This document shows, one piece after another, positions 37,476 to 50,239 of a stretch of DNA of 64,000 bases. Within the stretch, counting starts at the first letter, position 1, and each line of letters opens with the position of its first letter. The notes beneath the pieces are model-generated. The model was not told where the DNA came from, did no database searches, and was given only the letters and a program-made list of their open reading frames with translations. The DNA is taken from contig NW_019028996.1 of NCBI RefSeq assembly GCF_002105155.1, forward strand, positions 248,001-312,000, given 5' to 3'. The position numbers and the translations under genes were made by a program. The DNA is from Lobosporangium transversale. Lineage: Eukaryota.

Positions 37476-40424
37476 ATGGCTTCTTCGCCCTCCTCCAACG
37501 CTCGTCTAGTCCCTAGTCGACATAATTCTGCAGACATACTCTCTTCCTCCCCAAATCGTGAAGCTGCTACTCGATTGCTCTCCTCTTCTCCCTATGCCCA
37601 ACCTTACTTTAACAGACCTGCATCGCGTGGTAGCAGTGTCAATGGCGACAACAACCCTACTCCATCCTCTTCATTCCGATCTCCATCCACTCTTCAAAAC
37701 TACCGTCAAAACAACGAGGGTCCTTCAAACGCTCAGAACATCCCAGTCTTGCCCCGTTCTGGTCTTGACAGTAGTAGCAATAGTATTCATGGTAGTTACG
37801 TGAGCGGTACTCCAGGTTTTACTGATTCAATCAATCCTGTTGTCGATATTCCGGCTGATGAGGCCTCGAAGGTCGTCAAAAAGCATCTTGTTCTTAATTC
37901 GCCCTCGCGTGACAGCCTTGACTCTGACCGTAATGGTGCTAATAATGCGGGACCCTCTTCTTATGGTGCAACTAATGATGGTGCAGGAACTTCGGAAATT
38001 GTTGATTATACAACAGCTTTCAAGTTACCAGGAGGAGCCATTACCCGCGACGTCTACAAGTGGCAGGCTGATCAGGAGAACGAACAGAACCGGCGAGGTA
38101 ATTTTTTTTTTTTTGCCAATTCATATTTAAACTATTTAAACAAACTTGATAAAGATGAGCAGGATCATATTTTTTTTTATTTTTTTTTTTTGTACTCTGC
38201 CGTTGCAAAATAGTTTACATCTTAGACTTGATCAAATCTAAATACAAATGTTTGTTCCCATGCTCAATTAGCTCGCTCGAGGTCTTTCTATCTGCCACGC
38301 CCTGTTGAGCCATCAGTCACAACTTTAAAGCAACCCGGTGGCATGCGGAGATACCACATGATCATGAAGGCAAATGCAAGCGGACGTCAAGCCAACGTCT
38401 TCACCAAGAGCTTCATCGATTTCTTGGCCATGTATGGTCACTTTGCAGGAGAGGACTTGGATGAAGACGATGAAAGCGGTGATTATGATGAAGAAGGTGG
38501 AGAAGGAGAAGGCTCGAGAACTCCAGGTTCTGGTATGGAATCCACACCCCTGATACCAAAATTACAGCAACCTCCCCAAGGAGATGCTACACCCGCCAAA
38601 GCTGTGTTTTTGCTACTAAAGTCATTTGTTGGAACTGGAATCATGTTCTTGCCTAAAGCGTAAGTGGATTATACGGCTGATACTGATAAGTGACCCATGG
38701 AAACAGATCGCATTTGATTACACTTGCGTGGCCGAAAAAAAAAAAAAAAAAAAAAAAGATAAAGGCTCATGTGGGCAGGCACATGGTTAGGCTCGAGAGA
38801 ATACAACGAGTGATCAGGATATGTCAATGCAAACATGGATGGATATTAATCAAAAACATGCTTTTTTCTTTTTTCGTTTTTTTTTTTTTTTTTTTTTTTT
38901 TTGCCTGATGATTTTATCACATTAAGGTTCAACAATGGTGGTATCTTATTCTCGTCTGTAGTCTTGGTCCTCATTGCTGCCATTTCACTCTTTTCCTTCC
39001 TGCTGTTGGTCGAGTCCCGTCAAGTGGTTCCCGCCTCTTTTGGTGATATCGGAGGCCATCTCTATGGTCCATACATGCGTCAGGCAGTCCTATGGGCCAT
39101 TGCTATTTCTCAGATTGGTTTTGTCTGCGCTTACATGAGCTTCGTCGCCACTAATTTGGAAGCCCTTGGCAAGAACGTGCTGAATTTCTCAGAGTCATTC
39201 CCTTCCTATATCTTCGTCCTCATCCAGCTTGTTGTCTTTATCCCATTAGCTTTAGTACGGTCTTGTGTTCTGATGTTTTTTGCGTAGTTATAGAGCTGTC
39301 AGATTACTTTTGACTGAAGCTATATCTCTCTTGTTTCCTAGATCCGCAACATCGCCCGTCTGTCCTTCACTGCTGTTGTAGCTGACGTATTTATCTGCTT
39401 CGGATTGATATACATGTATTATTTCGACGTAAGTCTATCTCCTATTCCATTTGTGTAAGCGGATCATGTTCCACTCGTCAAGTATTTTGTCCTGACCTTG
39501 CTTTCCCTGTTATTGTCAACTTAGATCTTCACTTTGGCCACTAAGGGATTGAGCGATGTTGTTATGTTCAACCCCAGGGACTTTTCTTTGTTCATTGGAA
39601 CTGCTGGTAACTACATCGTCTCTACAAGTTTTTATTTTATTTTGATTTTTGTCCTTGTTTTTTTGTTACGATGAATATGGGAAGCGCACTATTAACATGT
39701 CTATCGCTCTACCCTTGTATTTTATTAATACTTCAGTGTTCACATTTGAAGGCATTGGGCTTATTATTCCAATTACAGAAGCAATGAAGGAGCCCGAAAA
39801 GTTTCCAAAGGTATTGACAGGCGTAATGATTGGCATTACAGTTCTGTTCACATCTGTAGGAGCACTTTCGTATGCTGCCTTTGGATCCAAGACCGAAACC
39901 GTGGTTTTACTCAACTTGCCCCAAAAGAGTCATTGGGTGCAGTCTGTTCAAGCCCTATATTCGATCGCCATCATGCTTTCAATCCCTCTGCAATTATTCC
40001 CTGCTATCCGTATTATGGAGAACGGTCTTTTCACTCGCTCTGGCAAATATAACACAATGGTCAAATGGCAAAAGAACTTTTTCCGCATCCTGTCCTTGTT
40101 CATATGTGCAGCGATCTCGATCTGGGCTGGAGATGAGCTCGACAAGTTTGTCTCTATCGTTGGCTCTATTGCTTGTAAGTTTTTATTGATTTTATTTTTT
40201 TCCGTCATCTCTTAAATAGTAGGACTGATCCTGAAACCACCATAATTATTACAATTTAATATTTACTAGGTATTCCATTGGCTTACATCTTCCCCGCCAT
40301 GTTCCACTATAAAACCCACCCATATCGGAAGTCGCGTATTTTTGATATTCTCTTGATTGTCTTCGGAGTTATTACCATGGTCTACACAACTGGCAGCACG
40401 GTCTACCAGTGGATTGAAGCCTAA
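37476..40424 (+). CDS. AVT3: Vacuolar amino acid transporter of Avt3/Avt4 type (AAAP family), about 7 exons
   Basis: LPGGAITRDVYKW, PGGMRR, SFIDFLAMYGHFAGEDL, LLLKSFVGTGIMFLPKA, FTFEGIGLIIPI, PLQLFPAIRIME; stop at 40422-40424. Confidence 0.9.
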
Positions 40425-40694
40425 AAACTCTCAAGTCTTATCTTACATTCCCTCTCCTGTGTTTAGTTTTTTTTTTTTTTTTTTTTCCTACGAGTGTCAT
40501 TACATCACGTAGCCTGTCTTTTTACTCCTTTTTTATTATTTCTTTTTATCATAGAACTCCAAGAAGTTGCCGCAATCGAGTCACTCATTCATTTACAATA
40601 AAGCCTCTTCTAGAAGCAAAGAATTTTTTTTATTATATACTATCATTAATGTTTACTGTTGGTATTCTGTAATAGTCAATTTTCGCTTTGGATT

Positions 40695-41726
40695 TTAAAG
40701 CCGTCGTAAGCTTCGCTTCCGGCTATCTATAGCTCCTTTAGGGTCCACAAGGGAAGTCACACCATGCAATGTTCGGACGGAGGTAATACCACCGAGTGCT
40801 CGTTCCCTCATTGTATCAGGTTTAATAGATCCTGGCATGTGCCTTAGCATAGGGCTCGCCCATGAAGATGAAGACTGGTTATGACTTGCTGATAATCCTT
40901 GCAGCGTCTGACGAGCGGATAGACTGGAATTAGGGTTAGGGATGATGCCGGGACTGAGGCTGGGATTAGAATGACTGACCAACATCTGTTGATGTTTTTG
41001 TGGGGCTATAGGGTCAAATAACCAATCCTCTTGGGGCAGTTTACGTTTGATAGGTATAGAGGGTGTTCCATTACAACCAGATCCTTGAACGGGTTGTGAT
41101 GACTGAGCCTGAGTCTGAGATTTAGTGGCACGGGTCTGATCCGATGATGTATTCATATCATGACTTTCCTGGGAAAGGCATTTCCACTGTTCTTCCTGCT
41201 TGGTCTTTACTGTTGCCCCTACAGTTCTTTCATACTGTGGAAGGTTTTCATTATTACTATGATGGTCATGAGACATACCGAGATCTGTGTTGCTATCATT
41301 GCTGATACTGTTACTGGTGATGATGGTTGTGGACATGTTTGAGGTTGTATTATTTGATTCCCCAGAGACTGATTTTGTTGATGAGGCTGATGACAGAGTT
41401 GAAGTTGATGAAGGAGAAGGAGAAGAAATAGAGGCTGTTGATGTAGATGCCGACAGAGGTTTAAAAATATCGTTTCTTCCTCTGGCATGGATACTCGTCA
41501 TTAATCTAGCGTGCTTTGCATAATCATCATAACGCTCCAATAACTGACGTCCAGCTTCTTCATTCAATGCAGACTCTGGATTAGGAACAATCAACAGGCA
41601 TTTGATCACCAGCAAGATATGTCGAAGACCCAAATCCTTTTTCCAATCCTTTTTGAGTGTGCTCACACAGATGTCGCCTTGTTTTGAAACATTTGGATGA
41701 AATATTTTGGTGACGAAGAAGCCTAG

Positions 41727-41760
<34 letters not shown>

Positions 41761-42229
41761 ACAACGAACTTCAGAGAGCTTTTTTTTTCTTCTTTGAAAT
41801 ACAAAAAATTACTAGAATTGGATAAATAACAATCGTCTTCGTCTTTTTCTTCTTCTTCTTACATTTTGGGGGCGAGTTTGGAAAGTCTGCACTCAATTGG
41901 ATCCGTATCCTGAAAACACCGCCTTCATATGGTGTTCCTCCTAAAATAATGGTAATAATGATAACGCATGATAATATATTTAGTTGACAAGACGATATTA
42001 AATTGTTAAAAAAGAAGGTATTCCGATGAATAATTGCCTGAAATTTCTGAATGCATTGTTGCTCAGGATTGTTTGGAATTCAAAATTTACCTGGACCTTG
42101 AATCCAGGCTTGAATGTCTGTGATGGAGTCCTCATTCAGAATGAGACGGATGCCTTCTGGAGGGTCTTGCTCTAAGGCATACAGTTCTCGCGTCACCTTT
42201 CGCTGGGCTGCCGGCGAAATGGAGTCCAT
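40695..42229 (-). CDS. UBE2S: Ubiquitin-conjugating enzyme E2 S-like, with long Ser/Thr-rich C-terminal extension, 3 exons
   Basis: [37 protein letters not shown] (catalytic Cys), [25 protein letters not shown]; basic tail RKRSLRRL like the UBE2S C-terminus. Confidence 0.9.
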
Positions 42230-42424
42230 GTCACAATCTATATATTTTTTATAAGATTGAGAGCGATGCGATGGATGTCAAGATGTAAGTACAAAAAGGA
42301 ACGAAATTGTGCTACAATCAGCAAATGACAACACAGCCACAGAGGGTGGCTGTGCTCACTCGCGTGCTTTATTAACTTTTTAATAATAATAAAAAAAAAA
42401 ATAAAAAAAAAAGTATTTATCTTG

Positions 42425-45329
42425 TTATATATCCTCGTCAGAGTCCTCATCCCATTCCATGTTCAGCTCCTCACTTTGTTCCTTCATCTGAGTCAATCCA
42501 GTCACGTCCTCCAGATGCTTTGCATCCTGAAAGACCTTGGCCAAGAACCCAAACCCTTCTTTTTCATATGCTTCCAGAATAGCATCAGAACACGCTGTGC
42601 ACCGATCATAGGCTTGTCCTGAAATCAAGAGATTCTTGAACCGCGACAGGAACCCACGGATTTGGTGTGGTAATAAACCTAGTGTAGAGACCTGATTATT
42701 CTGCGTCCTTCCTTCCTGATCGCCTTCATCATCAGCCTTATCAGCAGGCGCGCGCATTCTATATAAATCAGTAATATGTAATATAACAATCATAAGTACC
42801 ATTTCTTAATTCATATACTCTACCAGACCTTGGGCCTGACATACCCATCGGGATGATGCAAGAGTGAGACTAGCATCTCAACTGCTACGGCACTTGCTAT
42901 GGCTGAGAGTCCTGGGCGGGTCACTGTGCACTGTTGGTCAAGAGTCCTATCCGAGAGCGACTAAAAACATTTTTCAATATCACAGATAGCACATGTATAT
43001 TTCCAGGATCATAAAGTAGAAAATAAAAAGACCACCTACATCTGTAGGCGCAACAACGTCGTTGCAAAAGTAACATCCCAATGGTGAGGAGCCGAAAGAA
43101 GCATGGTATTCATGATCTTGGCCAATGCCATGACGCATCACCAGAAAAGTATCAAACCCAAGTGCTGCATTAATAACAATCTAATAGTGAATCGAAGGAC
43201 AAATGGTGGACAGGTTGGTAAAGGTCATTCGAGCAATAACTTTTTTTTTTTTTTTTTTTTTTTTTTTCTTGATTGAATCAATGAGTTGAACAAAAAGCGA
43301 TTCTTTTTTGTATCCCACCTTCTTCATCCTGGCTCCTAAAAGTGTTGGGAGCCAACGGCTTTCGCGACTGTCCATAAGCAAAAATATGACATCATGCTGC
43401 TGAAAGAGGTCCTCCAATTTCTCAACGTCTCTCTGAACACTCTCGTACAGCTGAGGACTGATAGGATGTCCTGGCATTGGAATTGACAAGGTATGGCCCA
43501 CTGCATTCTGAGGGTATCATATATTACGCATTAAATAAAGTTAGTATCCATGATGGCCCTGAACATATTTAAGTTATGCACAGGATCTACTTACAACACC
43601 TGGATACACCTTCCGGAGACTAGCCGCGGCGGTGATCGCCTTATCCTTTCCGCCCTCCAAACAATCCTCAAACTCAAAGAGAGGTTGTCGGACTGGGTTC
43701 GAGAACGACACTTTGGCGTTGTCAACTAATGTAATGTTACGGATACCCCATCCTAACAATGAGCGGGCGACATAGCATCCCAGAGTTCCAGCTCCTAGGA
43801 GTAGACACCGTGTTTCCTGCACCTTTTCCAATTGCAAATCCGGTAACAACCTCCATCGCATCAGTTTCAAATTCAGATCTACAGCAGTGTCTGCAAGTCG
43901 GGTTGGGTCCATCAGAGGAGCTAGGTCCGCAAGACGTGGGCCAAGTTTTCCTTGAGCATTCTTTTCCCATCCCACGGCCTTTGGACAAGCTAAATCAAAA
44001 AAGTGTTTTTGTATATCAGCTCAGATAGGTACCCTCTTAATCGGTTTAAAGGATTTTGACCCATTTGTTTTCCATAGATTGAAAAGCCGACATACTGGAA
44101 AGAGGGACATAGGATGGAACCTCCACTGTAAATATCTTGCTAGCACTAATGTCCTGCTTGCCAGGGACTTCACGGAAACACAGTACTCGGACTTTGGAAA
44201 CCCTCCATTGGTAATAGAGAAGAGTCAAGAAATTTCGCAAAGGCCACCCAGGATTGCTATCTAGCGATGATGGATCTGCAAATCCAACAACGATCTACAG
44301 ACAACAGTATCAAGTCCGGTAAGCATATGCGCTACAACACAACTGACTTGTGGAGTATGATCATTTCTCAAGTGCTGTTACCTGCTCAGGATTGCATCCA
44401 GCATAAAATGTATCCCAATCTTGAAGACGTGCGACCAAGGTTGTGGACATTGAGGAGTTGTCGGAACTCTCTTTGATGAGAAAGAAGCCATGCTGAGAAA
44501 GAGGATAGGTTTCGCGGTATCGATTTAGTTGAACATGTAGGTTTTGAATGTATGTCTGTGACCAAGCAGAACCAATGTCCTGAAATGCGCCAGCAGTCCA
44601 TGCAGGGTCGGCCACCAAGGCCGGGAACGCGAACCAGTAAAAGAATTTGAACTTCTTGAGGTCCGCAAATGTAAGAAGTAGGAATTTATTGAGAAGTGAT
44701 GGATCAAGCACCGCCTTTCCAGATGTGATGTCTTCCCAGATCTAGAAACAAATGGGAGTGAAATGATACATATTATCCATGTTGGGCCGCTTGGTTAGTA
44801 AGGCATATTCCTCGCGGGAGAATACACACTAATTGCGGGAAAGTGAAAATGCCAATATTTAGATCCAGTCTCTCTCAAGCATACCTGATCAACGGTCATC
44901 TTGAACAATGCAGTCCTATCTATTGATTTGAAGTCTTCAATGGTATTTGTATTTTTAACGAGGCCAGGAGCAGGGTATGTGAAGGCTGGTGCCCTGAAGT
45001 AAAAAAAAATAAAAATAAAATAAAATCAGCTAGCGCGCGAAACAAGCTTTGAACCGATCAAAATCCCCATGTTTTGTTTATTACCTGGATGTTGACGCAT
45101 GTTCAGACTCTAAAACGTCTGGGAATGCCCCTGTCCCAAGACAGAGACGTGCAGGCAGAGCAACAGTGGCGTCTTTGCCGGGAACACGGACCTGATGCCC
45201 TGTAGCATAGTATCCAAAAATAGACTTGAGCGAGTCATCGAGCTTGAAGACGTCCATCTTGCGTTGAGTCAAAACTTGCCAAAAGGGAGCCTCAACGGCC
45301 GAGGCCCATGAATGAAATTGGAGGACCAT
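42425..45329 (-). CDS. ATG7: Autophagy E1-like enzyme Atg7, multi-exon
   Basis: [33 protein letters not shown]...[81 protein letters not shown]. Confidence 0.96.
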
Positions 45330-45451
45330 ATCAATGGCGTTTTGGGGGAATTTGGAGGATGTAGGTGGTAACAATAGCGTCCAAGTGAGAAAATAGAGGA
45401 AAAAAAAATAAAAATAAAATAAAATGATAGAAAAAAAAATATATAAAGAAA

Positions 45452-45469
45452 AAGAGAGAAAAGAGAGAA

Positions 45470-45500
<31 letters not shown>

Positions 45501-45507
45501 AAGAGAG
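45452..45507. repeat. (GAGAAA)n purine microsatellite upstream of ATG7
   Basis: Directly visible tandem AAGAGAGAAA/GAGAAA units. Confidence 0.8.
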
Positions 45508-46081
45508 TGAATGCTAAGAAGAATGGAATGCCATCACTTCATGAACCTCCTTTGTTTCCTGTTGCGTGAGAAGAGACGCTGTCACCTGTGTCGACTTCTT
45601 TTTGCGGCGCATGTTACCAGTTTAGATGGTGTTTGTTTTGTGTGCATGGACCCTCCTGGAGTGAATTCCAATGGTTGGTGACGATAATTCATGGGCATCC
45701 CACCATCACAGAGCACTCCTAAAAGCCATGTCTGTTCATGGATCACAATTAAAGTAGTGGCTTTTTTTTCTTTTAATCTGTTGCATTTGGAGGATACATT
45801 CTCTCTCCATTCTGATCATTCAGCTTCGATCAAGCTTTAAAGCCAATTACTTTCTTTATCCTACAGGCATACACTTCCTATCACGACCATCGCCTTTGCT
45901 CCTAAACCTCAAGTCCAGAGCTTTGCCTTATTCTTTTTAGTGCATGCATACACATCATGTAAGCCGATGCAATCAAATCTTTGCTGAATTCATTAAACCA
46001 ACAATACGGAATATAAGGCGCGACAGCGCGCGTTTGAATAGACTTGTTAACTCAAATAAGATCATTTTGAATCTAGACCTC

Positions 46082-48683
46082 ATGAAATCAAAGGCCAAGA
46101 ACAGAGGAACACAAGGGACTCCGAATGGCATGTCTAAAAAGGCAAAGGAGACAGACATGACCAACTCACCCAAACCTAGTCTAGACTTCCCACCACATGA
46201 ACAGTTGAATTCAGAGACAAGCGATCGGCCTGCAACAATGTCAGAACACACCTCGCTTTCCACCACAGTCCACAACCATACAGCAGCAATACTGGGCTCA
46301 GAAGGACAGAACACTTCTGAATCAAAATCCATGCAGCATACAGTACCTCAGGCTATTTCTAATGGGATGGTCATAAACGACACTTTGAGCTACGATAGAA
46401 ACGAACGGAGGATCCCCATGACATCCATGGAGACTGAGTACATTGAGGCTCTGTATTCGGATCTAACAGGGGAGTCTCAGAAGAATCATAGTGTCAGTCT
46501 CAACCAACTTCAGGATCCCACTTATGTTCATAACCCAGATTTGGAAGATCTGCCACCTCATTCATCTTCGGAATCGGATGATATCGACTATGAAGACCTT
46601 GATAGCTATGAAGATCAAGGTAGAGATGGTGACTGCGAGGATTTTGATGATGATCTGGATGTATATGATCACGATGACTTTTTATCATCGCAGGAGGCCA
46701 TTCTTATGGAGCTGCGACGTGAGCAGGTTGAGTTTGAAGAAAATGTTCGTCAGCTCCAACAACAGCTGCAGCGACAGGGGTCGCTTCTCCCCCTATCCTC
46801 TAACGATGGCGCTGATCACGAGCAGATGGTTCGCAATGGAAATCTACACACCGAATCTTTAGATCCAACAAGTAATGATAGTCGTTTGCGAGACCTTCGA
46901 TTTAATAATGCGCAGACCGATTATCGACATTCAGCAGAATTTCAGGAGAGGATTACTCACAAGTGTAACCTTTGCAAAGAGCCTCGGTCGAGCCTTTGCT
47001 TGGGGAAATATGGCTGGATATGGAGGCCAATGATCATTGAGGCATTAGCTACAGCTGCAGCAGTAATTGCCACGGTCACTTCGCAACAACTAGAGAAATC
47101 TAATACCCATCGGCCTCACCGATATGATGAATTTTTACCAAAACCACAAAAGACGTCAGAGCTAGGCAAAAGAACTGCTTTTGCTTTCCCATCCTTTGGT
47201 GGCAGATCTCTCCAATCCAATAGGTATGGTTGTTACTGGCTTCGTCAGAATGTGTCTTGTCTACTGCATGCCTAAGCCTTTAGTAACCACTGTTCCCTAC
47301 ATGTGCTTGACTATATTTTATGACAGCGCCCAGAAGTCTTGGGACCATTCTTCAGGGTATCAGCCTCCACCTATACGACACATGTACCGGGGCACAACTC
47401 CGCCATCGCCTGCAATGATTTACCCGCTTCCACCAGATTCACCATACACATTCAGGAGAAAATCGAGTGAGTTCTTGGAGCCTGTCGGAGAATTTCATGA
47501 ATTTCAGTCAGCTGAAGGCAATTCCCGGCAAGTTCTTCTGCACGTTTGGCCACCTTCAAATCTCGACACGCCTCTGTTACAGAAACTAGAAGCTTGTTGT
47601 CGGGACTTTCAAGAGAACGATATTGTTCGAGGGCACAGCGGAGATGGGTTCTTAAATGGATGGCGACCTTCCTGGAAGCAACCCCATCAAACAGGAGTTT
47701 TGCGTTTCGGACATTGGCGAGTGAGAGCCCCGCCAAGTCCAGGAGGCAGTACACGGTTATATGTAAAGATCTCTCTTTCGTTAATCTTTCATGACTGGTG
47801 TATACCATCCACCAACCTACCTTAACGACCATTTGCTCATACTTTTTTTTTTTTTTTTTTTTTTTTCCTGTGGATTTGAATGTCGGTATAGCCGCCATTC
47901 CAGACGCCTCTAACGCTTGCCGCTGGTGGAGGCTCTGTGTTGGGGCCTAGTACAAATGTGCATGGAATTACCTCCAATTACACAGCTTCTAATTTAAATT
48001 CACCGCAGTATAAGAATGGCGCTCGACCACATCAACAGCATCACCATCACCACCACTATCCAGGGCATCAGCATCAACATCAATTGTGTGAGGCCCATGA
48101 TCCTACGATATTCCCAAAAAAGGAGCACAAGATGGTGCAAAGTGTTATACCAGAGAGTCAAGCTAATACACACCGCCATGATACTAATAGCCATACAGAT
48201 GAGACGACACAACAGAATGGCCACCAGGTAGCTCCACATGATCTTCATTTAGAGTCTACAACACAAGGTCGACTTCTTCGCCTGGTTCGGGCCATTCAGA
48301 TGGTGGAGAAAGTGATCATTGCTCGACATCTGAGATACTTGTTTCCAACACTTTATGAAAAATACCATGGTCTTCAATTTGGGACACCCCGACTGTTTGA
48401 TGCAGTGGCGACGGTTGCGTTGGCAATGGATGTGTCACCGCGGTTACACCACGACAAGGCGCATACAAAGCACGGGTTTTGTTGGATCGTTGCATGTGGA
48501 GATTTTGTGGGAGGCGATCTTTGTATTCCGGAACTGGGCAAGAGGGTAGTGATGCGTCCAGGCACTGTAGTGGCCATTCGATCGACTGTTGTAGCTTATT
48601 ACGTCGAACGCTACGCCAGAAACACGAGCATGTATACTATGTATGCATACACCAGCGATAATAATTGGCCGCCTGCTACCTAA
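46082..48683 (+). CDS. Protein with disordered acidic N-terminus and C-terminal TET/JBP-like 2OG-Fe(II) dioxygenase fold, 3 exons (46082-47223, 47327-47762, 47892-48683); start may be at 45944
   Basis: Introns 47224-47326 and 47763-47891 join three ORFs in frame. Motifs GVLRFGHW, LFPTLYEKY, PRLHHDK (HxD), GDFVGGDLCIPELG, MRPGTVVAIRS. Confidence 0.7.
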
Positions 48684-49078
48684 ATGCTCTGCATTTTGCT
48701 ATTACTATCACTATTGTTATTTTTCGGTCCCTTGTACACAGAATAACGGTGATAACAACGACAACCGGAAGGGTGCTCTCGACTCCCGATTGATTACTGC
48801 TGTGCGAAAACGAACAGAGGGTCTTCTTGTAATATGCAAGGATGAAAGAGATCCGCACAGCGTGAGTGTATGCCAGTATCGATCACCCAAAGAAAAAGTG
48901 AAAATGAAAAAAAAAAAAAAACAAAAAACAAAAAACAAAAAAATACTATGGAGTATGGTCCATAACTGAGCAATGGTCATAGCGAAGGTGCATGTCTATG
49001 GTACAACAATATGCAGAAGGATCTATTAGAGTGTATAAAATTAGTTTGCTAGTGGCTGTGGGTTTTGACGCTTCCTAA

Positions 49079-50239
49079 TAAGAAATGAAATGAGAGCAAC
49101 GGACAATTACACTTGTTGAATGTGCTTTATGTTGTCACCTTGGGTAGAATCCTCGTAGCATCGGTGCGCCCGACGCCAAGAGCTTTAGAGCAATATGGAG
49201 GTGGGAGGAGGGACCAACAGGAGGTGGGGACTGGATTGTCTATGAAGAGAACGAAAAGAAGAGGGGACCTGCGCTCAATGACCGGGCGAGCAAAGCAGGA
49301 TCAAAGTGATCGATTACACTATCGACATTTACAAGCTAATGTAAGGCACCAGTCTACTCTGTAAATAAAGATCTCCCTCCCTGTCCAGCTGATATCGATT
49401 GTATGCATGTCTCACTCTCTCAATCTTTCCATGGACAAAGTGATGTGATCTTTTGCTTTGAAGGAAGTACCTGAAGCGTCAACATTAGATATGGACGTAC
49501 AATCGGAGAAAACAAACATTGGAGTCACACAAAGGTCAACTTTCTTTAACAGTCGCCACAACAGCATTAAGAGCAATGATCAAGTATACTGATACCCCAT
49601 ACAATGAAAAGGTGAAATATCTGGATATCTCTGCAATCGGTATTCGAGAAGACAGGCTATGGTGGTTGGACTATGAGCTAAACTGTCCTACTGGCTATGA
49701 GTACCATTGAAAGACAGATTGAATCATATATAAGAATGTGCTGCGGTACTTGAATAAAATCTTAGGGCTTCAGTTTGATTTTATACTCTAGAGAACGAGT
49801 CCCCAACACATTGATCTGCTGAGAAACCAGAGTGCTATCTTTCCATCTCGACTAGACCACCATTGATAGGTGCGATGCTTCAGCCTATTTCAAACGGTTC
49901 GGTACATACATGCATACAATCGATATCAGCTGGACAGGGAGGGAGATCTTTATTTACAGAGTAGACTGGTGCCTTACATTAGCTTGTAAATGTCGATAGT
50001 GTAATCGATCACTTTGATCCTGCTTTGCTCGCCCGGTCATTGAGCGCAGGTCCCCTCTTCTTTTCGTTCTCTTCATGGACAATCCAGTCCCCACCTCCTG
50101 TTGGTCCCTCCTCCCACCTCCATATTGCTCTAAAGCTCTTGGCGTCGGGCGCACCGATGCTACGAGGATTCTACCCAAGGTGACAACATAAAGCACATTC
50201 AACAAGTGTAATTGTCCGTTGCTCTCATTTCATTTCTTA
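49079..50239. mobile_element. Long inverted-repeat element: arms 49079-49410 and 49908-50239 (332 bp each), 497-bp spacer, outermost TA at both ends; candidate non-autonomous DNA transposon
   Basis: The right arm is the reverse complement of the left arm, with one mismatch seen (T at 49241). The identical 83-aa ORFs on opposite strands reflect this. Confidence 0.8.

Noticed and set aside
40695..45329. ATG7 plus UBE2S as a dedicated E1-E2 conjugation operon
   Set aside because: Atg7 works with Atg3/Atg10 and UBE2S with Uba1 and APC/C; only the tight spacing is kept as a finding.
49411..49907. Transposase or captured gene in the inverted-repeat spacer (63-aa ORF 49519-49710)
   Set aside because: No recognisable motif in the frames examined and several stops; cannot be supported without a search.
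49113..50205. Two identical 83-aa ORFs on opposite strands (49113-49364 + and 49954-50205 -)
   Set aside because: By-product of the inverted repeat; TTG start and no recognisable domain.
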